Virus record (IMG/VR): IMGVR_UViG_3300021197_001489
Location: 1-64,000 of that record
Length of the DNA: 64,000 nucleotides
Strand: one strand, 5' to 3'
In this document: piece after piece, positions 48,874 through 57,842 of the stretch
Position numbering within the stretch: position 1 is the first letter of the stretch
Layout of the letters: each line of letters begins with the position of its first letter
The notes under the pieces: model-generated
What the model was told of the DNA's origin: nothing
The model's database searches: none
Seen by the model: the letters and a program-made list of their open reading frames with translations, nothing else
Translations under genes and position numbers: made by a program

Positions 48874-49047
48874 ATGAACAGTACAGTTGAATATATACAT
48901 CATTACACTTGTGACGAGTGTAAAGGTTGGTGGAGTATCGCAAGTCATGAAAACTACAAGCCCAAGGCAATGTATTGCCCACATTGCGGTCATAAGCATA
49001 GTGTTATTAATGTTCTCGATGTCAGAGACGGCCGAAAGCGGCGCTAG
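48874..49047 (+). CDS. Small zinc-ribbon protein
   Basis: CDEC...CPHC; AAGGAG RBS; GTAAATA upstream. Confidence 0.65.
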   Translation: MNSTVEYIHHYTCDECKGWWSIASHENYKPKAMYCPHCGHKHSVINVLDVRDGRKRR

Positions 49048-49369
49048 AACCTACACTGGAAAAGAAGATAAAGCACACTGCAAATTATGGAATACAAATC
49101 CGTTACGCTGGCCACAAAAGATATTGGGACTTGAGCCCATGGAGTGCAGACGAAAAGCAGTACCTCCAACTACTACTAATACAATCACTTGCAGACTGAA
49201 AAGTGAATATGTAGATCCCGAAACAGACGAACGCATGTGTATATATGAACGTGGTGCTACAGGACATCTAGACCTCACAGTGGCAATGGACAAGTACTTT
49301 CAATGCCCTAGAACTCAACAGTGTACACAAGCACCTGGAGGCCCCGGAGATAGAAACACATTGGATTAA
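48947..49369 (+). CDS. Cys-rich exported protein
   Basis: Hydrophobic signal-like N-terminus, several Cys; overlaps the zinc-ribbon ORF. Confidence 0.45.
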   Translation: MKTTSPRQCIAHIAVISIVLLMFSMSETAESGARTYTGKEDKAHCKLWNTNPLRWPQKILGLEPMECRRKAVPPTTTNTITCRLKSEYVDPETDERMCIYERGATGHLDLTVAMDKYFQCPRTQQCTQAPGGPGDRNTLD

Positions 49370-49408
49370 AATAACTTCATTGCCACTGTTGCGGATAAGT
49401 AAATCGTC

Positions 49409-49484
49409 GCTGGTTTAGCTCAGTTGGTAGAGCAATGGTTTTGTAAACCATAGGTCGGGAGTTCGAGCCTCTCAACCAGCACCA
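49409..49484 (+). tRNA. tRNA-Thr (TGT)
   Basis: 76-nt cloverleaf, anticodon arm ATGGT-TTTGTAA-ACCAT, GTTCGAG T-loop, encoded CCA. Confidence 0.97.
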
Positions 49485-49595
49485 TTTTTTCTGTAAAAAT
49501 ATGCAGTAGTGGCGAGTTCGCTTTTTTTATTTAGAGCGTAACACTCTGATTATCTAACTTGTTCGAACTGCACTTACTGCATACACAATTACTTA

Positions 49596-49624
49596 TTGAC
49601 ATTTAATCGAAATAGTGCTATTAT
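49596..49624 (+). promoter_or_regulatory. sigma70-like promoter
   Basis: TTGACA-17 nt-TATTAT. Confidence 0.6.
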
Positions 49625-49657
49625 AAGTATAGTTTGAATATAGAGAGACTCAAATAA

Positions 49658-49993
49658 ATGGTACAAAAGTTTAATCAAGCAGGCATAGCATGTGTCTGTG
49701 CAGATGCAATGAATCAAGCAATAAGAAAAAGTATGGACCTTCCTCAGGACCAAATGATCAACATACCACCAGACTGGTTCGATGCAAATTGTGCTTGTAC
49801 TAAACTTGCACCAGGGTGGGGAGCAAAAGCAGACTACAATGCATATGATGCACATGCATATTATCAAAGTCTAGTAGAACTAAAAGATGTTTCTGCCAAA
49901 GTAGTAGAACAAATTGCAGGCAAAGAAGCATTAAAAATTTATTGGTCAGAAGTAGAAACTAGACAAAAAAGAATATGGCGCGATTACAAATAA
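49658..49993 (+). CDS. Hypothetical protein
   Basis: 111 aa with CVC/CAC motifs. Confidence 0.55.
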   Translation: MVQKFNQAGIACVCADAMNQAIRKSMDLPQDQMINIPPDWFDANCACTKLAPGWGAKADYNAYDAHAYYQSLVELKDVSAKVVEQIAGKEALKIYWSEVETRQKRIWRDYK

Positions 49994-50227
49994 ATGTTTT
50001 GGAATTTATTGGCAGTTTCCCTTGTGTTCTTTGTACTGATAATTGCAGCGTGTAGTCCAATTGTTGGCACCACTAGTTTAGTACACAGTATAGTAAAAGG
50101 CGATGCCTTTGGCACAGCAACTGGTATCATTGGTCAAATAATATCAACTGTTACGCCCGAAGAACACCCGCCTAAGCAAAAATCAAAAGCAGAGATTATG
50201 GAAGATTTGCGTAACGCTATGAACTAG
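49994..50227 (+). CDS. Small putative lipoprotein
   Basis: Hydrophobic signal ending IAAC. Confidence 0.5.
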   Translation: MFWNLLAVSLVFFVLIIAACSPIVGTTSLVHSIVKGDAFGTATGIIGQIISTVTPEEHPPKQKSKAEIMEDLRNAMN

Positions 50228-50258
50228 GCATATAAGTAAAAAAACAAAGGTAGATAAC

Positions 50259-50465
50259 ATGGCAGCTAAGAAAAACAAAGATTCAAAAGCCTGGATGATA
50301 CCAGAGGGTGAAAAACGTGAAAATGCAACATATCATTTTCTTGCCCGCAAAAGCATAAGCATGATCCGTGAAGGTAAGAAATTGCGTATGCGTAAGTATC
50401 ATCCTAAATTAAAACAACATGTTTGGTTTGTAGAAACAAAGATGCCAAGCCACAGCGCAAAATGA
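50259..50465 (+). CDS. rpmG: Ribosomal protein bL33-like
   Basis: KLRMRKYHPKLKQHVWFVETK matches the bL33 C-terminal KLxxxKYxPxxxxHVxFxExK pattern; N-terminus divergent. Confidence 0.7.
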   Translation: MAAKKNKDSKAWMIPEGEKRENATYHFLARKSISMIREGKKLRMRKYHPKLKQHVWFVETKMPSHSAK

Positions 50466-51145
50466 ATCAATACATATTTGATGTTGACGGCACACTAACG
50501 CCCAGCAGAGAAAAAATTGATCCTGAGTTTGGTGCATGGTTCATTGACTTTTGCAACAACCACAGTGTGTATCTGGTAACAGGCAGTGACCGTCTGAAGA
50601 CCATTGAACAGGTAGGCGAAACAGTGTACAACAGTTGTGTTCGTGTGTATCAGTGTTCAGGAAATGAAGTATTTGAGAAAAACAAACGTATTCGTGTTAG
50701 TGATTGGCAGTTACCCGATGCAGCACAAACCTGGCTACAAGAACAGTTGGACAAAAGTAAATTTTATAGAAAGACTGGCACCCACATTGAACACAGGACT
50801 GGCATGGTTAACTTTAGCATTGTTGGTCGACAAGCCAACATGGAAGAACGAGCAATGTATGTTCAATGGGATGAACACAAACTGGAACGCATGATAATTG
50901 CTGCACAGTTTAACTTTCGCTTTCAAGATCTGCAGGCAACTATTGGTGGCGACACTGGCATTGATATCTATGCTAAAGGCAAAGACAAAGCACAGATTGT
51001 TAAAGACTTTGACCTAACAGATACGCTGTGGTTCTTTGGTGATGCTATGCGTCCAAGCGGCAACGATTACTCACTGAGCAAAGTTGTAAATCATGCAGTG
51101 CCAGTGAAGGATTGGCAAGATACGTGGCGTATATTAAGTGAATAG
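50462..51145 (+). CDS. HAD-IIB phosphomannomutase-like phosphatase
   Basis: FDVDGTLT, VTGSD, IEHRTGMVNFSIVGR, FGDAMRPSGNDY. Confidence 0.8.
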   Translation: MNQYIFDVDGTLTPSREKIDPEFGAWFIDFCNNHSVYLVTGSDRLKTIEQVGETVYNSCVRVYQCSGNEVFEKNKRIRVSDWQLPDAAQTWLQEQLDKSKFYRKTGTHIEHRTGMVNFSIVGRQANMEERAMYVQWDEHKLERMIIAAQFNFRFQDLQATIGGDTGIDIYAKGKDKAQIVKDFDLTDTLWFFGDAMRPSGNDYSLSKVVNHAVPVKDWQDTWRILSE

Positions 51146-51596
51146 TATGAATATTACTGTTACAGGCACTAGTAAAGGATTAGGTAAAAGTATTGCAGAC
51201 TATTGTGAACAATCACACACAGTGGTCAGGTTTGGTCGAGAATATGACTTGCGTGATTACTCCGTGCGGCAAAAAATTATACAACAAGAAAGTGATATTC
51301 TTATTAGTGTAGCAAAACCTAATTTTTCACAAACGGAATTATTGTATGAGTGGTATAATGTACATGGTACTAGTAAGCGGGTGATTAATATTGGAAGTGC
51401 GGTTGTACATAAAGAATTTTGGGGAGATGATATTCACATGATGAGGTATCATACACAAAAACGCAGTCTCGCACATGCTGTGGCTCAAATTGATCATCCA
51501 AACATCTCTATTATAAACCCAGAACACCTCTACAACAAAAATGCATTTGATTATGCTGTATTGGAAAAATGGTGCAAGGAGAATATTTTTATATGA
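51138..51596 (+). CDS. Short-chain dehydrogenase-like protein (short)
   Basis: TGTSKGLG, INIGS, YHTQK (YxxxK). Confidence 0.7.
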   Translation: MNSMNITVTGTSKGLGKSIADYCEQSHTVVRFGREYDLRDYSVRQKIIQQESDILISVAKPNFSQTELLYEWYNVHGTSKRVINIGSAVVHKEFWGDDIHMMRYHTQKRSLAHAVAQIDHPNISIINPEHLYNKNAFDYAVLEKWCKENIFI

Positions 51597-52738
51597 AACC
51601 AAAAGATTTATACGAAAATAGAGTATTTTGCTCAGCACCATGGAACAATTTATATATCAATCCAGATGGAAAAATTCTAACCTGCAGTATAGGAAAATGC
51701 AATGTAGGAAATCTTAGTGATAACAGGATACAGGATATTGTCCAGGACAATGATGTCTTAAAAGAAATTCAACAAAGTATGATAGACGGCAAGCGCCATA
51801 AAAATTGTGGTACTTGCTATAAGCTAGAAGATAGTGGAGTAAGTTACAGTTTAAGAAAGCACTACAAAAGCAAAATTAGTAATTTTAATAATTTAGATCA
51901 GTATGATATTGCTTCAGGCAGTTTAGATGTGACCAGTTTTGATCTAAGATACGACAACACTTGTCAAAATGCATGTGTTTACTGTGGTCCGGCACTAAGC
52001 AGTAGATGGGAAAAAGAACTGGGTGTAACAGTTCCAAAGCCAAGTCTTGGCAATATAGATAATACCAAGAAGTATGTATCAGAAAATCTTGCGAATCTCA
52101 AAGAAATATACCTAGCAGGTGGAGAACCTTTGGTTACCAAAGACTTTGCTGTTATATTAGAAGAGCTGCACAAAGTAAATCCAAATTGCAAAATTAGAAT
52201 TAACAGTAATATTAAAAATATTAATACTCCGGTGTACGAATTAAGCAAAAAGTTTCGTAATCTAAGATATACACTGAGTGCAGAAGCAGTTGAACAGCAA
52301 TTCGAGTACATAAGATATCCGCAAACATGGAGTAGTTTTCAAAAAAATGTTAAACAAGTTATTGATGAAGTCCCTTCATATAACTTTAACATGGCATTAA
52401 ATGTTCTTAACATGTATGGATTATTTGATTGCATAGACTATCTTAGAAGTATAGGAGCACACGATAATAGTTTAATAATTACGCATGTAAACAATCCATC
52501 TTGGTGTAATATTAATAATCTGTCAGATGAATTATTAGATGAATTTGTTGAACGTTGTAACCTGTACATGTCACAAACAGATCCAAAATACAGTCTGTAT
52601 TCAGCATTGGAAGGTTGTGTAAATTTTGTTCGGGTATCTTTCGATAAAAATATCAATGATACAAGATTAAATTTAGAAACATTAGATATAAGAAGAAACT
52701 TAAATAGTAAAAATATTTTTCCATATATTTACAAATAG
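51593..52738 (+). CDS. Radical SAM protein with N-terminal SPASM/twitch-like domain
   Basis: CQNACVYC, AGGEP; N-terminal CSAPW...C...CGTC. Confidence 0.85.
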   Translation: MKPKDLYENRVFCSAPWNNLYINPDGKILTCSIGKCNVGNLSDNRIQDIVQDNDVLKEIQQSMIDGKRHKNCGTCYKLEDSGVSYSLRKHYKSKISNFNNLDQYDIASGSLDVTSFDLRYDNTCQNACVYCGPALSSRWEKELGVTVPKPSLGNIDNTKKYVSENLANLKEIYLAGGEPLVTKDFAVILEELHKVNPNCKIRINSNIKNINTPVYELSKKFRNLRYTLSAEAVEQQFEYIRYPQTWSSFQKNVKQVIDEVPSYNFNMALNVLNMYGLFDCIDYLRSIGAHDNSLIITHVNNPSWCNINNLSDELLDEFVERCNLYMSQTDPKYSLYSALEGCVNFVRVSFDKNINDTRLNLETLDIRRNLNSKNIFPYIYK

Positions 52739-52745
52739 GTATAAA

Positions 52746-52937
52746 ATGTTAAGTAAAAAATGTAAACAGCATCTAGCAGATGTAAATGAAACAGGACTAG
52801 AGCACATGATAGTAGCACTAAAAGTTGCAGTAAAATTGCAATTGTTAGTGCCTGCATTAATTATACACAGCGTTGCTCCACGTTTCTTTACAACTACTGC
52901 CAGTGATACAATGAAGAATATATTAAAAAATAGATAA
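52746..52937 (+). CDS. Small hypothetical protein (DUF6356-like)
   Basis: HL...ET.LEH...IHS..P.FF..TAS pattern. Confidence 0.5.
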   Translation: MLSKKCKQHLADVNETGLEHMIVALKVAVKLQLLVPALIIHSVAPRFFTTTASDTMKNILKNR

Positions 52938-52958
52938 TGTTGGCCGACTGTTAAACAA

Positions 52959-53225
52959 ATGAGCAAATATGATGAAAAACGTATGAAAGAAATCCAAACC
53001 AGATTGGTAAAACACATACAGCAAAACCTTAAAGAAGATGAAGACTATGTGCTGCTTGCGACCATGCTTTTAAAACACAGTATAGTGCTTTATAGAACGT
53101 TCCTAACAGATCAACAGATAGTTAAAATGTTAGCCCGTGCAGGAGAAACAATCAATGACGCCGCGCACGACATTGACAAGTTTATCGACACAGACGAAAC
53201 TGGCAATCCTCCCACAGTACATTAA
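52959..53225 (+). CDS. Hypothetical protein
   Basis: 88-aa helical ORF. Confidence 0.5.
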   Translation: MSKYDEKRMKEIQTRLVKHIQQNLKEDEDYVLLATMLLKHSIVLYRTFLTDQQIVKMLARAGETINDAAHDIDKFIDTDETGNPPTVH

Positions 53226-53235
53226 AAAAAATTGG

Positions 53236-53264
53236 TTGACACATAGCACAATATATTATATACT
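53236..53264 (+). promoter_or_regulatory. sigma70-like promoter for tRNA-Arg
   Basis: TTGACA-17 nt-TATACT, 14 nt before the tRNA. Confidence 0.8.
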
Positions 53265-53278
53265 AATAAGACAATCGC

Positions 53279-53355
53279 GGTTCCATAGCTCAGCTGGATA
53301 GAGCAACTGCCTTCTAAGCAGTAGGTCGGGAGTTCGAATCTTCCTGGAATCGCCA
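53279..53355 (+). tRNA. tRNA-Arg (TCT)
   Basis: 77-nt cloverleaf, ACTGC-CTTCTAA-GCAGT anticodon arm, encoded CCA. Confidence 0.97.
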
Positions 53356-53376
53356 ACTTTAGCAAGGAGTAAGACT

Positions 53377-53613
53377 ATGGAAGTATTACTATTATTTGGA
53401 GCATTAGCAGCAGGTCATCATTACTTGACTCAAGATGAACCAGTTGCACCAGTTGCACCACAAGCTGTACACAGCGCACAATCCATTGGAGAAATTGTAA
53501 ACTTTGGTCACGACGATGTTAGTCTTGCAAGCATTGACTGGAGCAAGGCAGGAAATTCCATTGTTGGCGATTCATCCGAGAATGGAATTCAGTGGATCTT
53601 TATCACAAACTAA
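53377..53613 (+). CDS. Small hypothetical protein
   Basis: AAGGAG RBS; hydrophobic N-terminus. Confidence 0.55.
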   Translation: MEVLLLFGALAAGHHYLTQDEPVAPVAPQAVHSAQSIGEIVNFGHDDVSLASIDWSKAGNSIVGDSSENGIQWIFITN

Positions 53614-53629
53614 TAGAAGGAATAGTAAA

Positions 53630-53854
53630 ATGAAAGTATCAGTAGACGTTTATACCAAAGACATCGAAGCAGGCTTGGCAGCATTTAAACTTGCACTAGA
53701 CAGTGGTGCAACAGATGCACAATTGCGCAGCAACGAAGATTGGGAAACAAAGAAATTCGAAAGTCTCAATCTAATGTTTGAAGCAGACAACAAGAGTGAA
53801 GCTATTAGCAGCCTAGACAACGGTCCGTTCAAACGCGATCAATCAGATCTTTAA
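53630..53854 (+). CDS. Small hypothetical protein
   Basis: AAGGA RBS; MKVSVDVY... Confidence 0.55.
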   Translation: MKVSVDVYTKDIEAGLAAFKLALDSGATDAQLRSNEDWETKKFESLNLMFEADNKSEAISSLDNGPFKRDQSDL

Positions 53855-53998
53855 ATGAAAAAGATCTCAAGTCTAGTTCATAATCCGTTATTTGTTGGAG
53901 CCCTTGGTTTGACAAACCTATTTGCCAGTCAAGGCAACATATGGATGATAATTACAGGATTGGTATTGATTGTAATCGCCGCAATGGATGCATTCTAA
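53855..53998 (+). CDS. Small two-TM membrane peptide (47 aa, not in ORF track)
   Basis: ATG abuts the previous TAA; hydrophobic. Confidence 0.5.
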   Translation: MKKISSLVHNPLFVGALGLTNLFASQGNIWMIITGLVLIVIAAMDAF

Positions 53999-54000
53999 TT

Positions 54001-54074
54001 AGGGGATAAGTGTTACGGTAGCACGACAGGCTCCAACCCTGTAAGCGTGGGTTCGACTCCTACATCCTCTGCCA
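54001..54074 (+). tRNA. tRNA-Trp (CCA)
   Basis: 74-nt cloverleaf, ACAGG-CTCCAAC-CCTGT, G73 plus CCA. Confidence 0.9.
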
Positions 54075-54089
54075 ATTATAGGAAATACC

Positions 54090-54593
54090 ATGTACAAAGT
54101 ATCAGCATATTTCAAGAACCAAACAGTGATAAAATACTTTGTAGATCAGTATGAAGCAATTGATTTTAGAGACACAGTGGATGCTCACTATCCACTGAAA
54201 GTAATTTTTGAAGAAGGAGTTTATCCAATGCATACGTTTATCATTAACTGCTGGAACAGTGTGATGAATTACGAACACAATCCGTTACGTCATATTCCAG
54301 ACATGAATACAAGACACATGATAATGCAGGTGTTAGCCTGGATGTGGTGCATTGTGTTTGGCATCATGGTAGGAAGCTGGACTGTGTTTAGCATCAGTGC
54401 TGTTGCACATGTTGCACTAATTGCTGGTATCTGTATCACAGTTGGCGTGTTTGAAACAGCAAGACGTAAGCCAGATTTTTTTAGATTGCGCTCGGATGGT
54501 TATCATTCTGTAAGTCGCACACGCGGACATATGTGGATCAATGGTAAAAAAGTAGAACTAGATCCAAATGATCCTGGCGGCGAACATGAATAA
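54090..54593 (+). CDS. Membrane protein with probable internal in-frame start at 54228
   Basis: Two TM segments in the C-terminal half; AAGGAG 8 nt before the internal ATG. Confidence 0.6.
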   Translation: MYKVSAYFKNQTVIKYFVDQYEAIDFRDTVDAHYPLKVIFEEGVYPMHTFIINCWNSVMNYEHNPLRHIPDMNTRHMIMQVLAWMWCIVFGIMVGSWTVFSISAVAHVALIAGICITVGVFETARRKPDFFRLRSDGYHSVSRTRGHMWINGKKVELDPNDPGGEHE

Positions 54594-55344
54594 ATGTTTA
54601 ATACTGGGATGTTCGCATGCTAATGGTGCAGAAATGCACAAAGAACCAGGGTTCAACATTGCTCAATATAACTTTGTTGAACAAATCGAATATGGCGCCA
54701 GAAACAGCTATCCTGTATTACTAGCTGAACAGCTTGGTTATGATCCTCTAAATCATTCAATAAGCGGTGGAAGCAATGATGCAATGTACAGAATTGCATC
54801 AGAACAAATCCACAATCTCACTGATCAAGATATTGTTATTGCTTGCTGGACTGGCGTAGATCGCAGCGAGCTTTGGCATCAAGAGCATAGATGCTGGCGT
54901 CCTATTAACTACAACAATAATCAAATACATCAGATTAGTCCCAATGAATACAGCCTTGAAGGCATTAACATAGGCGCTGTAGTTGATCGAAATCAAGATT
55001 ATCATGAATACGCAAAACAATGGATAGTGTTCCAGGGACATTATCAAAGTGGTTATCACAATAAAATAAAAAATGTGCTTGCACTAAACTGTTTAACAAC
55101 CAGTCGTGGTATTCGCACTATTAACCTGGACAGTTTCCAAGGCTTCAACGCAAACCCGGATTTTTCATCCTGGTTTCCCTGGCCTGAAACGGTATATCGT
55201 CCATTTGATGTACACGAAGACGAATTTGTTCCCTTTTGTCTTGGTAAAAATTACCCACACGACCCCAGCGGACACTTTTTCCGTCCTGCACATGAAGCAT
55301 ATAGCAAACATGTTTATAATCATGTCAAAAATTTTGCCGCCTAA
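54586..55344 (+). CDS. SGNH/GDSL-like hydrolase fold protein
   Basis: GCSHANG, GGSNDA, GHF...AH. Confidence 0.55.
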   Translation: MNKCLILGCSHANGAEMHKEPGFNIAQYNFVEQIEYGARNSYPVLLAEQLGYDPLNHSISGGSNDAMYRIASEQIHNLTDQDIVIACWTGVDRSELWHQEHRCWRPINYNNNQIHQISPNEYSLEGINIGAVVDRNQDYHEYAKQWIVFQGHYQSGYHNKIKNVLALNCLTTSRGIRTINLDSFQGFNANPDFSSWFPWPETVYRPFDVHEDEFVPFCLGKNYPHDPSGHFFRPAHEAYSKHVYNHVKNFAA

Positions 55345-55366
55345 GTTGTGCCATATAAATAAAATT

Positions 55367-55468
55367 AGACAGCGCCAACTACGGCGCGGGTAAAACTGGA
55401 CGCTCACTGAAAGTGATTTTAATGTTGTGTAACATTAGACGCCCTGCCCTATGTTAATCTAGTCTCCC
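55367..55468 (+). ncRNA. Candidate structured RNA / 5' leader of tctA
   Basis: TATAAATA at 55354; hairpins GCGCC/GGCGC, TCAC/GTGA, TAATGTT/AACATTA closed by AGAC/GTCT. Confidence 0.4.
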
Positions 55469-55495
55469 AAAAATTAAATGGTTTAAAGGACCGAT

Positions 55496-56830
55496 ATGTT
55501 TGAATTACTTTCTGCTTTTGTTGTAGGATTAGGTTTAGGTGTTGTGTCTGGAATTGTTCCAGGTCTCAATGTGTTTGTAAGTATCTTACTGGTATTTCCA
55601 CTGTTGATAACTTGGGAACCAACCAGCATTATGTTTATGTATATCACATTGGCCAGTGTGCATCAGTACTTTGGCAGTGTAAGTGCCACTGTGTTTGCTA
55701 TACCTGGCACCAGCACCAGTTTACCTGCACTACACGAAGGGCATGGTATGTTTCAAAGTGGCAGAGGCAGCGAAGCAATTATGACAGCCGCAATTGGCAG
55801 TTTCTTTGCTAGTTTTTTTGCTATTGTTCTAATACATTTCATGTTGCCTTATCTCAGCATTTTCTATCAAATTTTTAACACACACATACAGGCATTGCTG
55901 TTAACAGTTGCCGCAGTAACAATCATAGTGTTCGCTGACAACAAAATTTGGATTAGTCTATTGCTTTGGATAGTAGGAAATACACTGGCCATGGTAGGCC
56001 TACACGAATACTATGGCGGCATTACATTTATGACTTTTGGAATTCCGGCACTGTACACAGGTATTGATCTATTACCTGTGATGATTTCACTGTATGTGGT
56101 TCCTGTGTTTTTGAGAGCAAGTAAGTCAGGCGGCCGTATTGAATTTAAAGGTGTAAGCATGGGAGGCTATGTTGATGCCGCGCGCCGCATGTACAAACAA
56201 ATGAAAATGACACTTTTGCGTAGCAGTATTATTGGAGCATTAGTTGGCTTCATACCTGGCATCAGTTGGGGGTTGAGTACAATGCTTGCTTACAACTCCG
56301 AACTGGGTATACGCAAACGTAAAAAACTATACAATACACAGGGAGATGCAAACTGTTTGGTGGCTGCAGAAAGCAGTAACAACGCAGGTGTGTACACCAG
56401 TATGGTGCCTATGCTGTTTGCAGGTATACCTATCACTGCAAGTACTGCACTCATATACAACATATTCATGTTTAGAGGCATCAACCCAACGCTGCCATTC
56501 TTTGAAAGTTTATACGAAATAACCTTAGTTGGGTTTGGCATAAGCAGTGTTATAGGATTGCTTATAGCAGGCAAATATGTTAATTTTCTCAAGTTTTTAA
56601 GTGGACTGGACATACGCAAATTTTACACTGTGATGTTTTTGCTGCTGGTTGTGATTTGCTACTTTGTGGCAGAACAATACTATGCAGGATTTGACAACAT
56701 GATGATGTTGGTTTGTCTGTTACCTTTTGGGTACCTACTTAGAAATTACAACACAATGCCATTGATATATGGTTTTGTGTTGCAAGATATTTTTATAGAA
56801 AGTGTTTATAGACTAACATTTTTCTATTAA
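55496..56830 (+). CDS. Tripartite tricarboxylate transporter TctA-like permease
   Basis: SGIVPGL, IPGTSTS, GALVGFIPG, AAESSNNA, GIPITAS motifs; about 12 TM. Confidence 0.75.
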   Translation: MFELLSAFVVGLGLGVVSGIVPGLNVFVSILLVFPLLITWEPTSIMFMYITLASVHQYFGSVSATVFAIPGTSTSLPALHEGHGMFQSGRGSEAIMTAAIGSFFASFFAIVLIHFMLPYLSIFYQIFNTHIQALLLTVAAVTIIVFADNKIWISLLLWIVGNTLAMVGLHEYYGGITFMTFGIPALYTGIDLLPVMISLYVVPVFLRASKSGGRIEFKGVSMGGYVDAARRMYKQMKMTLLRSSIIGALVGFIPGISWGLSTMLAYNSELGIRKRKKLYNTQGDANCLVAAESSNNAGVYTSMVPMLFAGIPITASTALIYNIFMFRGINPTLPFFESLYEITLVGFGISSVIGLLIAGKYVNFLKFLSGLDIRKFYTVMFLLLVVICYFVAEQYYAGFDNMMMLVCLLPFGYLLRNYNTMPLIYGFVLQDIFIESVYRLTFFY

Positions 56831-56857
56831 AAAAACCTTTTTTTATTAAAAAGGATG

Positions 56858-56886
56858 TTGACAACAAGCTGTTTTGTTGTTATTAT
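56858..56886 (+). promoter_or_regulatory. sigma70-like promoter
   Basis: TTGACA-17 nt-TATTAT. Confidence 0.6.
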
Positions 56887-56912
56887 ACTGAACAAACTTT
56901 AAAGGAGTTATA

Positions 56913-57812
56913 ATGTTTGATATTAGAAAAACTGTTTCAGTGGCAGTATTAGCACTGACAATGATGATTGGCGCAAACGGTACATCAGTTGCCGGCACAG
57001 ACATCACCACCCTTAAAGGTCCTGGTGATGTTAATGTAATGCTGATGTATCGCGCAGGCGGTTCATATGGACGTATGAGTCAGCAGGTGATTGCACCAAA
57101 TCTTGGTGATGATTTTAAAGAAATCAAAAACATTCGTGGTTGTGCAAAGATGGCAGATTTTGTCAAAAACACAGACGAAAAAATGTTTGGTTTGTGGGAT
57201 TGGTTCTCAACCAATGAGCCACTAGCAGACGGCAGCAAGAATCCTTGCTTCCTTGAGCAAGAAAACATTGTTAGTATTAGCCATGCATTTCCATATCGTG
57301 CATGTTTCGTAGCTGGTGCCAATGGCCGCAGTCTTGATGACTTCGTAAATGGCAAAGGTATTAAGGTTGGCATCCTGGCCAATGGTGTATACAAAGCACA
57401 GGCAACTCAGGTAATACATAGCATCAACCCTGATGCAAAAATCATTCCTTATAGCAGTAGTAAAAAATACATTCCTGGATTAAAGTCTGGCGAAGTAGAC
57501 TATCTTTACTCAGCACAAATGCGTGATTGGATGACATGTGTTGCTTCAACAGATGCAAAAGAAACACAGTTTACACCCTTTGGTACACTGTCAGACAACT
57601 TTCTTGCAGACAAAAACACCTATCCAGCATTTGCAGCATTTAATATGGACATGGACGAAGCATTTGCATTCGCGCAAAAAATTCAACAAAGTCCAGAAAT
57701 GGTCAAGTTCCTTGCTGGTGTCGGACACGTTATGCCGACACAGGTGACAATGCCACGTCGTGAGCAGCTGGCCTTTATGAATGAATGGTACGCAACCATT
57801 CAGGAAAAATAA
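56913..57812 (+). CDS. TctC/Bug-like periplasmic binding protein (divergent)
   Basis: Signal peptide; YRAGGSYGRM echoes the xxGGxxD motif; adjacent to the tctA-like gene. Confidence 0.5.
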   Translation: MFDIRKTVSVAVLALTMMIGANGTSVAGTDITTLKGPGDVNVMLMYRAGGSYGRMSQQVIAPNLGDDFKEIKNIRGCAKMADFVKNTDEKMFGLWDWFSTNEPLADGSKNPCFLEQENIVSISHAFPYRACFVAGANGRSLDDFVNGKGIKVGILANGVYKAQATQVIHSINPDAKIIPYSSSKKYIPGLKSGEVDYLYSAQMRDWMTCVASTDAKETQFTPFGTLSDNFLADKNTYPAFAAFNMDMDEAFAFAQKIQQSPEMVKFLAGVGHVMPTQVTMPRREQLAFMNEWYATIQEK

Positions 57813-57842
57813 AACAATGATGAATGTAGCAGGTGTAGCGTA

